Shown here one piece after another: positions 19,788 through 30,083 of a DNA stretch of 64,000 nucleotides. The position numbers and the translations under genes are program-made. Position 1 is the first letter of the stretch; each line of letters opens with the position of its first letter. The notes beneath the pieces are model-generated. The model searched no databases. It worked only from the letters and a program-made list of their open reading frames with translations, and was not told the DNA's origin. Source of the stretch: Chloroflexota bacterium (lineage in GTDB: Bacteria > Chloroflexota > UBA6077 > FW602-bin22); NCBI GenBank assembly GCA_016875715.1, contig VGOZ01000004.1, positions 1,448 to 65,447 of the forward strand, in the 5' to 3' direction.

Positions 19788-20501
19788 CTAACCCGGGTTC
19801 CGGCACCATTCCTGCACCTGACGAGCGTGCGATTGCGAGCCAGATGCGATGCTGACGTTCGCGTTGAGATAGTCGGATGGATCGCGCGTGTCCGCGAGTT
19901 CGAGGTCGCTGCCAAACTCGCGCAGGACGGAGAAGTGGACGTGGTTGAATTGCCCGGGGCCCATGTCCTGCAGGTAGCCTACGGTCTGTCCGCGGATAAC
20001 CGTGCTCCCAACCCCGACGGTAATGTTCGACATGTGCGTGTAGTAGGTCGAGATGCCCAGTTCTGGATGGCGGATGTTGACGCCCACGCTGGATCGGAGG
20101 CGGACGATGCCACCGTACGCCGCGTAGACGGGCGATCCGGCCGGGCTACCGATATCGATGCCGTGGTGGACTCCGGATGCCGGGCATCCGCCGTCACCGG
20201 CGCATGGCTGTCGGTAGACCCACCCCAGCCACCCGGTGCGAGGCAGGGCTAGGACGGCGCCGGGACACGCGGCGGGCGGCATAGGGGTCGCGGTCGCGGT
20301 GGGGATCGGCGTGGCGGTTGCGGTGGGAGTCGCCGTGGGCGTCGGGGGCGAGTCGCGCGCGAGGATGGGGAACCGCAGCGTGACGGCGTTCTGAGGCGTG
20401 GCCGCGCCGACCGGTGCGCCGGCCGCCAGAAGCACCGCCCACGCCGCGGCGACGAGGAGGGCCGTGGCCTGGAGACCGTGGCGCGCCCGCCATTTATGCA
20501 A
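19788..20501 (-). CDS. M23 family metallopeptidase, secreted
   Basis: Signal peptide, Pro/Thr linker (PPTPTATPTATATPIPTATATP), and M23 motifs HHGIDIG and NHVHFSV. Confidence 0.85.
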   Translation of the reverse strand: MHKWRARHGLQATALLVAAAWAVLLAAGAPVGAATPQNAVTLRFPILARDSPPTPTATPTATATPIPTATATPMPPAACPGAVLALPRTGWLGWVYRQPCAGDGGCPASGVHHGIDIGSPAGSPVYAAYGGIVRLRSSVGVNIRHPELGISTYYTHMSNITVGVGSTVIRGQTVGYLQDMGPGQFNHVHFSVLREFGSDLELADTRDPSDYLNANVSIASGSQSHARQVQEWCRNPG

Positions 20502-20515
20502 ACGTTTCTTGCCTT

Positions 20516-20544
20516 TTGATCCGTCAAGGACCGGTGGTTACAAT
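20516..20544 (+). promoter_or_regulatory. Sigma-70-like promoter candidate for the 20582 operon
   Basis: TTGATC, a 17-nt spacer, then TACAAT, ending 37 nt before ATG 20582. Lies in the divergent intergenic region. Confidence 0.4.
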
Positions 20545-20581
20545 GACCGCCGGTTCTCCTCGCCCAGGGGGTTAGCGCACG

Positions 20582-22744
20582 ATGCCGACGATCACGACGC
20601 GAACCAGAGTAGACGACCTGGTATCAGAATTCCCGGAGAAGGCGCCGGTGCTCCTGTCCTACCGGCTCCCCCGCGCGGGCGCGACCCAGGAACAGCAGGC
20701 CGACGCCTGGATGTCGGCCGGGTCCATCGGCGATGCCGCGACCCGGAACGGGATGAGCGCGCCCGACCTCGACCGACTGATCGGTGAACTCAACGGCTTG
20801 TCGCCGCAGGAGGCCGATGTCGACGAGGGGCGCCGTATTCGCCTGCTCGCGTTTCTGCGCAGCGAGACCGACATTCAGTTCCTCCAACGTGGGAAGCGGT
20901 ACCAGGTCGATTCGGGCACCATCGACTGGTTCCGCGCCAACGTGAAGTGCCAGTACGCCTGTCCCGTCCATACCGACGTGCCGGGGTACATCGCCCTCAT
21001 CGCCGATGGCAAGTACGAGGAGGCCTACCAGCTCAATCGGAAGGCGAACATCCTTCCCGGCATCCTGGGACGGATCTGTTCTCATCCTTGTGAGACGGCC
21101 TGTCGCGCCTGCGACGTGGATGGCGCGATTTCGATCTGCCGCTTGAAGCGATCTGCCGCAGACCACCGGGGCGAGTGGCGGACGATCAAGAAGGAGCCGT
21201 GGCGGCAGGAGAAGGTTGCCGTCATCGGCTGTGGCCCGGCCGGACTCGGTGCCGCCAACGATCTGGCCCTGATGGGGTACGGCGTCACGATCTACGACAA
21301 GTACCACGTGCCGGGCGGCACCCTCTGGTCGGGGATTCCCGAGTTCCGCCTCCCGCGCGATCTCGTGCTCGCGGAGGTCCGCAACATCGAGGAACTGGGC
21401 GTGGAGGTGAAACTGAAGGTCGAGGTCGGCCGGGATGTGACCCTCGACGAACTGCGCCAGAAGTACGACGCGGTGATCGTCGCGTCCGGGTGCATGGGCC
21501 CGTCGCGTCTCCGCATCCCGGGCGAGGAACTCGCCGGGATGTACTACGGCATCGAGCTGATGGAGGAGGTCAACTTCACCTATCAGTTGAAGAAGATGGG
21601 GCGGAAGGTGGTCGTCATCGGCGGCGGATATACCGCGATGGACTGCTCACGATCGGCGCTCCGAATGGGAGCCGACGATGTGTACGTCGTCTACCGCCGC
21701 TCGCGGAACGAGATGACCGTGGACGAAGAGGAGCGCGGCGAGACCGAGCGCGAAGGTGTCACGTTTGAGTATCTCGTCGCGCCACTCGAGATTCTCGGCG
21801 ATGAGAACGGGCGCATTCGCGGCATACGCTGCGTCCGCACACGCCTGGGGGAGCCGGACGCCCGCGGCCGACGGTCTCCCGTTGCCATCGAGGGGAGCGA
21901 ATTCATCATCGAGTGCGATACCGTCGTCGCCGCGGCGGGCCAGTTTTCCGTCAATACGCTCCTCAGCGCCGACGTCAAGGTCGCCGAGCGCGAGGGCCGT
22001 GTTCTCATCGACCCGCGCACCTACTCGACGACCGCGAATGGTGTGTTCGCCTGCGGCGACTTCACGACCGGCCCTGCAACAGTCATTGAGGCTATCGCCC
22101 ACGGACGAAAGGCGGCGGTGCAGGTCAATCGTTTTCTCCAAGGGGATCGGCCGCGGTTCACCGAGCGCGCGCAGTTCAAGCTCGTCCACGCGATGGCGAG
22201 CCCCGAGGACTACAGCGACGCGCCCGTAACCGGCGAGCACATCACCGAGTGGACGGCCACCGCGATGAGCCGCCGCCTGCAGTGGGGCGACGACTACGAC
22301 GTGCACGGACGCACGCCGAACCCGATGATTCAGGTTCCGCTCCGCATCTCCGACTTCAAGCGCGAGGTGGAGACGGGGTTCAACCGCACCTCTGCCTACA
22401 AAGAAGCCAAGCGCTGTTATCAGTGCCAGCTGAACATCATCATCGATGGGCAGATGTGCATCCTCTGTAACGCCTGCGTCGACGTCTGCCCGATGCGCAT
22501 CATCGAGATGATCCCGCTGGAGCGCATTGCGTCGCTGGATGGCAATACCGATATCGCCCAGGTCGCGCGGGCCGATCTCGGCCCGTTCGGCGCGGCGATG
22601 GTGATTGATGAGAAGACCTGTATCCGCTGCGGCCTCTGCGTCAAGCGGTGCCCCACCGGATGCCTGACGATGACGCATTTCGAGGCCACCGGCGATCCTG
22701 GCGAACTCTGGGATGCGCCGCTGAAGGAGTTAACTCTCGCCTGA
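20582..22744 (+). CDS. GltD-like NAD(P)H-dependent FAD oxidoreductase fused to a 2x[4Fe-4S] ferredoxin domain
   Basis: N-terminal Cys cluster CQYACPVH...CSHPCETACRAC. Dinucleotide motifs VAVIGCGPAG and VVVIGGGYTAMD. C-terminal CILCNACVDVCP and CIRCGLCVKRCP. Confidence 0.8.
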   Translation: MPTITTRTRVDDLVSEFPEKAPVLLSYRLPRAGATQEQQADAWMSAGSIGDAATRNGMSAPDLDRLIGELNGLSPQEADVDEGRRIRLLAFLRSETDIQFLQRGKRYQVDSGTIDWFRANVKCQYACPVHTDVPGYIALIADGKYEEAYQLNRKANILPGILGRICSHPCETACRACDVDGAISICRLKRSAADHRGEWRTIKKEPWRQEKVAVIGCGPAGLGAANDLALMGYGVTIYDKYHVPGGTLWSGIPEFRLPRDLVLAEVRNIEELGVEVKLKVEVGRDVTLDELRQKYDAVIVASGCMGPSRLRIPGEELAGMYYGIELMEEVNFTYQLKKMGRKVVVIGGGYTAMDCSRSALRMGADDVYVVYRRSRNEMTVDEEERGETEREGVTFEYLVAPLEILGDENGRIRGIRCVRTRLGEPDARGRRSPVAIEGSEFIIECDTVVAAAGQFSVNTLLSADVKVAEREGRVLIDPRTYSTTANGVFACGDFTTGPATVIEAIAHGRKAAVQVNRFLQGDRPRFTERAQFKLVHAMASPEDYSDAPVTGEHITEWTATAMSRRLQWGDDYDVHGRTPNPMIQVPLRISDFKREVETGFNRTSAYKEAKRCYQCQLNIIIDGQMCILCNACVDVCPMRIIEMIPLERIASLDGNTDIAQVARADLGPFGAAMVIDEKTCIRCGLCVKRCPTGCLTMTHFEATGDPGELWDAPLKELTLA

Positions 22745-22765
22745 CGGGCGAGCGGCGGAGAGAGT

Positions 22766-23401
22766 ATGCAGGGCACGCGCCAGGCGGTCGTCGAACTCCT
22801 GCGGCAACGAACCGAGGTCTCGGTCCGGGAACTTGCGGGCGCCCTCGGCGTCACCCAGATGAGCGTGCGCCTCCACCTTGCTGCGCTGTGTCGCGGGGGA
22901 TTCGTGACCTCTCGGGAGATCCACCAACCGATCGGTCGGCCGAGCCACTGCTTCCGCCTGACCGAGAAGGCGAGCGATCTCTTCCCGCGAGCGTACGTGC
23001 GCCTGGCCGATCTGGTGTTCGCGGCGGCCACCGCCAGCGGCCATGAGGAGAGCCTCCGCACCGCCCTCGTCGATGAACTGATGCGACGTCATGGCGCGCA
23101 GCTCGCGGGGGGAAGCCTGGAGGACCGGGTGGAGGCACTCGGCGATATCCTCGCGCAGGAGGGCTTCACGCCGTCCGTGGAGGCCGATGGCCAGGGTCTC
23201 CTCCTGCGGACGGGACACTGTCCCTACGAGGGGGTCGCCGCCCGCCACGGGTGCCTCTGCGATGCCGAGTGCGGCTTCATCTCCCTGGCTCTGGGCGGTG
23301 ATGTGTTGGTCGAGCGGGTCGAGTTCCGGCGCGGTGGCGATCGCGACTGCAGCTACAGGCTGCGCCTCCTGCCGCGTTTCGAGGTGGTTTCCAGCAATTA
23401 G
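22766..23401 (+). CDS. ArsR-type winged-helix regulator with C-terminal Cys cluster (SufR-like)
   Basis: HTH VRELAGALGVTQMSVRLHLAAL, then GRPSHCFRLTEKASDLFPRAY. C-terminal HCPYEGVAARHGCLCDAEC resembles SufR Fe-S ligands (assignment from memory). Confidence 0.55.
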   Translation: MQGTRQAVVELLRQRTEVSVRELAGALGVTQMSVRLHLAALCRGGFVTSREIHQPIGRPSHCFRLTEKASDLFPRAYVRLADLVFAAATASGHEESLRTALVDELMRRHGAQLAGGSLEDRVEALGDILAQEGFTPSVEADGQGLLLRTGHCPYEGVAARHGCLCDAECGFISLALGGDVLVERVEFRRGGDRDCSYRLRLLPRFEVVSSN

Positions 23402-23412
23402 ACTTCGCGTCT

Positions 23413-24210
23413 ATGACGGACTCCACACGACGCTCCCCCTCCGACCCCGAGGCGCAGGGCCGCGCCGGCCAGCCGGGCAATGCACCCGGACAGATCGAAG
23501 GTCCCCTCACCGTTCTTGTCGTCGCGGCTCACCCGGATGATCCAGAGTTCGGCGCCGGCGGCACCAGCGCACTCTGGGCGAAACAGGGTCGCGAGGTCTT
23601 CCAGCTTGTGTGCACGAACGGCGAGAAAGGCAGTTCCGATCCGGAGATGACTTCGGATCGGCTGGTGGAGCTGCGCGAGGAGGAGCAGAAATGCGCCGCC
23701 GCCACGCTCGGCGTCAAGAAGGTGTACTTCCTCCGCCTGCCCGATGGGGAGATCAGCCCCGATCTGACGCTCCGCCGAGGGATTGTCAAGGCGATCCGCA
23801 TGGTTCGGCCGGAGATCGTCATCACGCACGACCCGACCAATGTCTACGGCGACAACAATCTCACCCACCCCGACCACCGCGCCGTCGGCCACGCCACGCT
23901 GGACGCGATCTACCCGACCGCGCGCGATCGCCTCAACTTTCCCGAGCACGAGAAGGCCGGACTGCTCCCCCACAAGGTCCGCGAGGTTCTGCTCTGGGGC
24001 GCGAAGGAGCCGAACTTCTGGGTCGACATCGCCGAGACGTTTGACACCAAGATCGCCGCGCTGCGCTGCCACACTACGCAGATCCCGGACACCGAGCAGA
24101 TGGAGAAGCGGATGCGCGAGCGCGCCGAGCAACTCGCCCGCGAACGTCCGGCTGACGATACCCGTCCCCTCCTGGCCGAGGCGTTTCGCCGGATCACACT
24201 GCTTCGCTGA
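23413..24210 (+). CDS. PIG-L/LmbE family N-acetylglucosaminyl deacetylase
   Basis: VVAAHPDDPEFGAGG and HPDHRAVGHA zinc-binding motifs. Confidence 0.85.
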   Translation: MTDSTRRSPSDPEAQGRAGQPGNAPGQIEGPLTVLVVAAHPDDPEFGAGGTSALWAKQGREVFQLVCTNGEKGSSDPEMTSDRLVELREEEQKCAAATLGVKKVYFLRLPDGEISPDLTLRRGIVKAIRMVRPEIVITHDPTNVYGDNNLTHPDHRAVGHATLDAIYPTARDRLNFPEHEKAGLLPHKVREVLLWGAKEPNFWVDIAETFDTKIAALRCHTTQIPDTEQMEKRMRERAEQLARERPADDTRPLLAEAFRRITLLR

Positions 24211-24247
24211 CGGCGCTGCCTACAATTTCGCAAGAGGAGTGAGCAAA

Positions 24248-25354
<1,107 letters not shown>

Positions 25355-25378
25355 GCGGAGCGTCGGCGAGGGGCTGAT

Positions 25379-26695
25379 TCAGGCGCGCGCCGGCTCGCGC
25401 GCCATCGCACGCGCGGAGTCGTACGCCGCGGCCACGATCGCATCGACATCCGCCGGGGTGTGCGCCGCGCTGACTCCATGGTGCCACACCGGGTTGACGT
25501 ACACGCCGCGATCGAGCATCTCGCGACTGAAGCGCAACTGCATCTCCCGATCGAAGGTCGCGGCCCGGGCGTAGGCCGTGACCCGCGTTGCCGGATCCAG
25601 GCCGAAGTAGAGGGCGAACCGCGCGCCCACGCCCTGCACGCGGATCGGGACTCCCGCCCGCCGGAACGCGTCGTCGAGTCCCCGGTACAGCCGCTCGTGC
25701 GTGGCGAGGAGATTGGGCCAGAACTCCGGCCTGCCGATCGTATCCAGGAACGCATGCGCCGCCAGGACGGGGATGAGGTGGGCGTTGTACGTGCCGGTGT
25801 GGACGGCGGGTCCAAGCGGTGAGACGATCGACATCACGTCGCGCCTGCCACCGAAGACCGAGAGCGGCACGCCTCCGGCGACGGCCTTGCCCAGCGCAGT
25901 GAGGTCCGGTGTGACGCCGAACCGGGCCTGCGCCCCACCCGGACCGGTCCGGAACCCGGAGAGGATCTCATCGAAGACGAGCAGCGCGCCAGCGGCCCGG
26001 GTCCGCGCCTGGAGCGCTTCGAGGAAGCCGGGAAGCGGCTCGATCGCGCCTGCGTCGTAGTTGATCGGCTCGAGTACCACCGCGGCGATCTCCGCGCCGT
26101 GACGATCCATGACCAGCGCGAACGCGCCGAGGTCGTTGAAGGGCACCACGACGACGCCGGTCTCCGCTCCAGGGGGCATTCCGGCGGTCTCCGGGCGGAG
26201 CGCGGGCAGGAGGACATCCGCTGAGCGCGGGAAGTTGAATGCGAGCGCATCGTTGAACCCGTGGAAGTGTCCCGCGAACTTCACGATCAGGGGGCGACCG
26301 GTAAATGCTCGCGCGATGCGGGTGAGGTAGAAGGTGGCCTCCGTGCCGGTGGTGGTGAAGCGCACCATCTCGAACGAGGGGATGAGATCGACCAACCGCT
26401 CGGCGAGTCGGATCTGCTCCTCGCCATCGTAGGCGCAGATGAGGCCGCGCTGGCCTGCCTCGGCGATGGCGTCGACGATCGCGGGGTGGCCGTGGCCGAG
26501 GAGTGCCGCCCCATTCGACATGCACGTGTCGAGGAGCGTGCGCCCATCCTCGAGCGTGACGCGACTGCCGGCCCCGGAACGGAAGTAGAGCGGCTCACCG
26601 ATAGCGGGGTTCGTCCGTGCGGCCGCGGTCACCCCGCCGGGCAGTACCCGCTCGGCGCGAGGAAAGAGGCTGTCTGGCACGGTCGCGAAGTGTAC
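25379..26695 (-). CDS. Class III PLP aminotransferase (glutamate-1-semialdehyde aminomutase-like)
   Basis: RVLPGGVTAAARTNP...LLGHGHPAIVDAI. Start set to GTG 26695 because the longer ORF (to 26797) runs into the RHS remnant. Confidence 0.8.
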   Translation of the reverse strand, partial: VHFATVPDSLFPRAERVLPGGVTAAARTNPAIGEPLYFRSGAGSRVTLEDGRTLLDTCMSNGAALLGHGHPAIVDAIAEAGQRGLICAYDGEEQIRLAERLVDLIPSFEMVRFTTTGTEATFYLTRIARAFTGRPLIVKFAGHFHGFNDALAFNFPRSADVLLPALRPETAGMPPGAETGVVVVPFNDLGAFALVMDRHGAEIAAVVLEPINYDAGAIEPLPGFLEALQARTRAAGALLVFDEILSGFRTGPGGAQARFGVTPDLTALGKAVAGGVPLSVFGGRRDVMSIVSPLGPAVHTGTYNAHLIPVLAAHAFLDTIGRPEFWPNLLATHERLYRGLDDAFRRAGVPIRVQGVGARFALYFGLDPATRVTAYARAATFDREMQLRFSREMLDRGVYVNPVWHHGVSAAHTPADVDAIVAAAYDSARAMAREPARA

Positions 26696-26771
26696 CCGTT
26701 CGTCGGACCGGGCCGGGGAGCGCGGGACAGTGCCCGAAGCGAGGAGGCAACGACGCGCATCGACAGGAAGC

Positions 26772-27160
26772 CCCGACCTGGGCACGGTGGCCTTCACCTA
26801 CCATCCCATCGGCACGCTGGCGACTCAGACCGATGCGCGGCGCAATAAGACCGGGTACGCCTACGACGTGCTCGGTCGCATCACCCGAGTCTGGTGACCG
26901 TTGGAGTGGGTCGAACCGAACGTGCACCTCCTCCGTCCCAGCGTCCCCGTACCGGCGACCGGATCGGCGCTGCGCACCGACGGGGCGGTGAGCTACCCGC
27001 TGACGGATTACCTCGGCTCGACCCGCATCCGCCTGGACGTCAACGGCGCCTCGCAGGATGGGCAACGGTAGCGGCCGTGGGGCAATCAGCGCGAGCCGGG
27101 AATGAACCTGGGCACGGATCGGCGGTACACCGGCCAGGTGTGGGACGCCGCGATCCCTCC
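26772..27160 (+). pseudogene. RHS/YD-repeat core remnant with in-frame stops
   Basis: A single frame reads TVAFTYHPIGTLATQTDARRNKTGYAYDVLGRITRVW*...SYPLTDYLGSTRIRLDVNGASQDGQR*RPWGNQRE...RRYTGQVWDAA. This contains YD repeats and the DxLGS...Y-x-P-[FW]-G...R-[FY]-TGQ core signature. Stops are TGA 26895-26897 and TAG 27069-27071. Confidence 0.6.
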
Positions 27161-27213
27161 TCGAGCGGGCACCAACCTGCCGTGGGAGTCGGCAATCGCC
27201 CGCCCGCCGAAGA

Positions 27214-28071
27214 TCAGCTGTACCGGCTCAGCATCCGATCGATGACCGCGCGCCGGTTGCTCTCATCGCCGACGTGCTGGGTACGGAGCGCGTCGGTATA
27301 GGTCGGCACACCTTCCTCGCGGTACAGGAGGCCGGAGTAGTACGGATCTTGCGAGTCGGCCAGCGCCAACGCGGCCACCTTGTTCGCCGGGTCGTGGTCC
27401 TTCGGAACATCCGCGATCTCCTCGCGGTACGACTTAAAGGTGTTCACCTTGTTGAATGTCGGGCAGGGGGAGAACACGTCGATTATCGAGAAGCCGGCGT
27501 GGTCAATCCCCTTCACGATGAGGTCGGCGACCTCCTTCGGGCGGCCCGAGAACGCGCGCGCCACGAAGGTCGCGCCCGCGGTGATCGCGAGCATCAGCGG
27601 ATTCAGCGGCCTATCGATCGCGCCGTTGGGGGTGGACTTCGTCACGAACCCGAACCCGGAGGTCGGCGAGGTCTGCCCCTTGGTCAGGCCGTAGATCGCG
27701 TTGTCCATCACGATGTAGGTGATGTCGAGGTTCCGCCGCACCGCGTGGACAAAATGGCCGGCCCCGATCGCGAACGCATCGCCGTCGCCACCAAACGCCA
27801 GCACCTTCAGATCCGGGTTCGCGACCCGGATGCCTGTCGCGACCGGCATCGCCCGGCCGTGGATCGTGTGAAAGCCGTAGGTGGACATAAAGTACGGAAG
27901 CCGCGACGAGCAGCCGATGCCCGAAACGCAGACGACGTCCTTCGAGCTATAGCTCTTCGCGACCAGCGCGTTGTAGACCGCGTTGAGCACGCCGAAGTCC
28001 CCACATCCCGGGCACCAGGTCGGCTTCTCGCCGCTCTTGTACTCGTCGATCGTGTGCACCACGTCAGACAC
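27214..28071 (-). CDS. korB: 2-oxoacid:ferredoxin oxidoreductase beta subunit (KorB-type)
   Basis: TWCPGCGDFGVL Fe-S/TPP motif and GGDGDAFAIGAGHF. Overlaps korA by 8 nt. Confidence 0.9.
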   Translation of the reverse strand: MSDVVHTIDEYKSGEKPTWCPGCGDFGVLNAVYNALVAKSYSSKDVVCVSGIGCSSRLPYFMSTYGFHTIHGRAMPVATGIRVANPDLKVLAFGGDGDAFAIGAGHFVHAVRRNLDITYIVMDNAIYGLTKGQTSPTSGFGFVTKSTPNGAIDRPLNPLMLAITAGATFVARAFSGRPKEVADLIVKGIDHAGFSIIDVFSPCPTFNKVNTFKSYREEIADVPKDHDPANKVAALALADSQDPYYSGLLYREEGVPTYTDALRTQHVGDESNRRAVIDRMLSRYS

Positions 28072-29833
28072 GCTGCGCTACCTCGCTTTCGACAAACGCG
28101 ACGATGTCGCGCGACTTGAACGGCGTGCCACCGTAGATGTTCATGCGAATCAGATCGTTGCGGTACCGCGCCGCCATCAGCATCGCCAGCTGGCCGCTGT
28201 AGTTCACCTCGGGGACGATCACGCGGCGCTTTCCCATCACGAAGTCCCGCAATTGGTGGTCCGGCAGAGGCCAGACCATCTTCGGCGCGATCGCGTCGAC
28301 GGGAATGCCCCGCTCGGCGAGCGCGTCGACCGCTTCGCGGACGCTCCCCATCGTCGTACCCCAGGTCACGATGCCGATCTCGGCGTTCGGATCGCCGTGT
28401 CGCTCGGCCTCCGGCGCGTCGCGCATCGCGTACTCCAGTTTGCGGAACCGCTTCTCGGTCATTCGCGAGTGGGTGACCACGTCGTATCGCGGTCGGCCCG
28501 TCTCGTTGTGTTCGAGGCCGGTTGCCACGTACTGGCCGCCGGCCATTCCCGGCAGGCTCATCGGCGAGACGCCCGTTTCGCTCGGCGCGTACCGGAGGTA
28601 GCCGCCCTCCCCCGGGTGGATCGGCACCTTGCCGTTCGCGCCGTTCGCGTGTCCGTTCGGGCTGTAAAGGTCGCGATCGATCACGGTGACGCGGCTGATG
28701 TCCGGCTTCGGGATCGCGCTCATGCGCATCATCAACACAGTGTCCGACAGAAGGATCACCGGGCACTGATACTTCTCGGAGAGGTTGAACGCGTTGACAG
28801 CCTGGTAGAAGGAGTCCTCGACACTCGTGCACGCCAGCACGATCCGGGGCACCTCGCCGTGGCCGCCCAGCGCGGCCAGGTACAGATCGCCCTGCTCGTG
28901 GCGGGTGGGGAGCCCGGTGGACGGCCCGGCGCGTTGGGCGTCGACGAGGACGAACGGCAATTCCGCCATCGTCCCCAGGCCGAGCGCCTCGACCATCAGG
29001 CTGAATCCCGGCCCCGAGGTCGAAGTAACCGCCTTCGCCCCCGCGAAACTCGCACCGAGGCACATCGTGATCGCGGCCATCTCATCCTCGGCCTGGATGA
29101 CCGTGCCGCCGACCTTGGGTAGTTCGCTCGCCAGAAACTCCATCACGTCGCTCGCCGGAGTGATCGGATATCCGGCGAAGAAGTTGGCGCCGGCGGCCAG
29201 CGCGCCCAGCGAGAGCGACTGCGCCCCGGAGAGGACGATCGTATCCGGCCGTGCCGGCGGCGCGGCGATGGCGTACTGCGCGCGATCCGGAATGCTGGCT
29301 TGCACGTAGTCGATGCCGGCCTGCAGCGCGCGCATGTTGATCTGAACGATCTCCTCGCCCTTGCGCTGCCAGCGATCCCGGAGCAGACGCTCGGCGTGCG
29401 TCGTCGGCAATCCGAACAGCGCCGCGCAGACGCCAACCGCCACGACGTTCTTGCCCAGTTCGAACTTGAGTTGGTTCTTGGCGATATCCGTCAGCGGCAC
29501 GGGGAGCTGGCGCCAGCGATCCGTCTCCGGCGGTGTGAACTCCACGGAGTCGTAGAGCAGAAGCCCGCCCTTCTTCAGGTCCGGCGTGTTCCGCTCGTAC
29601 GCTTCCTGATTGAAGGCGAGGAGAATGTCAATCTCGTCGCCCTGGGCGTACAGCGGATGATCGCCCAGGCGGACCTGGAACAGGGCGTGCCCACCCTTGA
29701 TCTCTGCCGGAACCGTCCAGTACGTGATGACATGGAAACCGCCGCGCGCGGTCGCCTGCGCCAGGAGGATGCCGGTGGACTGCACGCCCTCCCCGGCTTC
29801 GCCGGCGACGCGGATCACGAGATCGTGAGCCAT
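28064..29833 (-). CDS. korA: 2-oxoacid:ferredoxin oxidoreductase alpha subunit (KorA-type, gamma-alpha fused)
   Basis: MAHDLVIRVAGEAGEGVQSTG (gamma-like N-terminus), then the alpha domain GYPITPASDVMEF. ATG 29833 is chosen over ORF-track start 29923. Confidence 0.9.
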   Translation of the reverse strand: MAHDLVIRVAGEAGEGVQSTGILLAQATARGGFHVITYWTVPAEIKGGHALFQVRLGDHPLYAQGDEIDILLAFNQEAYERNTPDLKKGGLLLYDSVEFTPPETDRWRQLPVPLTDIAKNQLKFELGKNVVAVGVCAALFGLPTTHAERLLRDRWQRKGEEIVQINMRALQAGIDYVQASIPDRAQYAIAAPPARPDTIVLSGAQSLSLGALAAGANFFAGYPITPASDVMEFLASELPKVGGTVIQAEDEMAAITMCLGASFAGAKAVTSTSGPGFSLMVEALGLGTMAELPFVLVDAQRAGPSTGLPTRHEQGDLYLAALGGHGEVPRIVLACTSVEDSFYQAVNAFNLSEKYQCPVILLSDTVLMMRMSAIPKPDISRVTVIDRDLYSPNGHANGANGKVPIHPGEGGYLRYAPSETGVSPMSLPGMAGGQYVATGLEHNETGRPRYDVVTHSRMTEKRFRKLEYAMRDAPEAERHGDPNAEIGIVTWGTTMGSVREAVDALAERGIPVDAIAPKMVWPLPDHQLRDFVMGKRRVIVPEVNYSGQLAMLMAARYRNDLIRMNIYGGTPFKSRDIVAFVESEVAQRV

Positions 29834-30083
29834 GATGAGAGTGCCTCGCCTTTCGCGCTTCTGGGACGTACCCCAAGGAATCTTACCCGAGCCCGTCCCT
29901 CGCACCGAGTTTTGATAGATCAACCTTTTCTATCTATCCGATAAGACACACACGCGCGTCGAACTGTGAGCGACGCACCGTCACCCCGTGGTCCTCGCAT
30001 CCACCGAGTGGACGGTGCGGGTATCTGCCGTACACTGCGCGCAGGGACGCGGGGTCACGGGGCACCGCGCGATGGGAGATGCC

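Noticed and set aside
20274-20351. Short near-tandem nucleotide repeats (also about 50881-51003 and 55877-56081).
   Set aside because: They encode Pro/Thr/Ala-rich linkers within secreted or membrane protein genes. They are not CRISPR, VNTR or mobile-element repeats.
23783-24247. N-terminal extensions of ORF-track entries. Examples are Mrp from 23783, sigma factor from 9127, korA from 29923, rny from 47913, nuclease from 52596, gmd from 33524 and recA from 46312.
   Set aside because: The extensions overlap neighbouring genes or are Arg-rich. Internal starts with SD-like sequences coincide with the conserved N-termini of the families.
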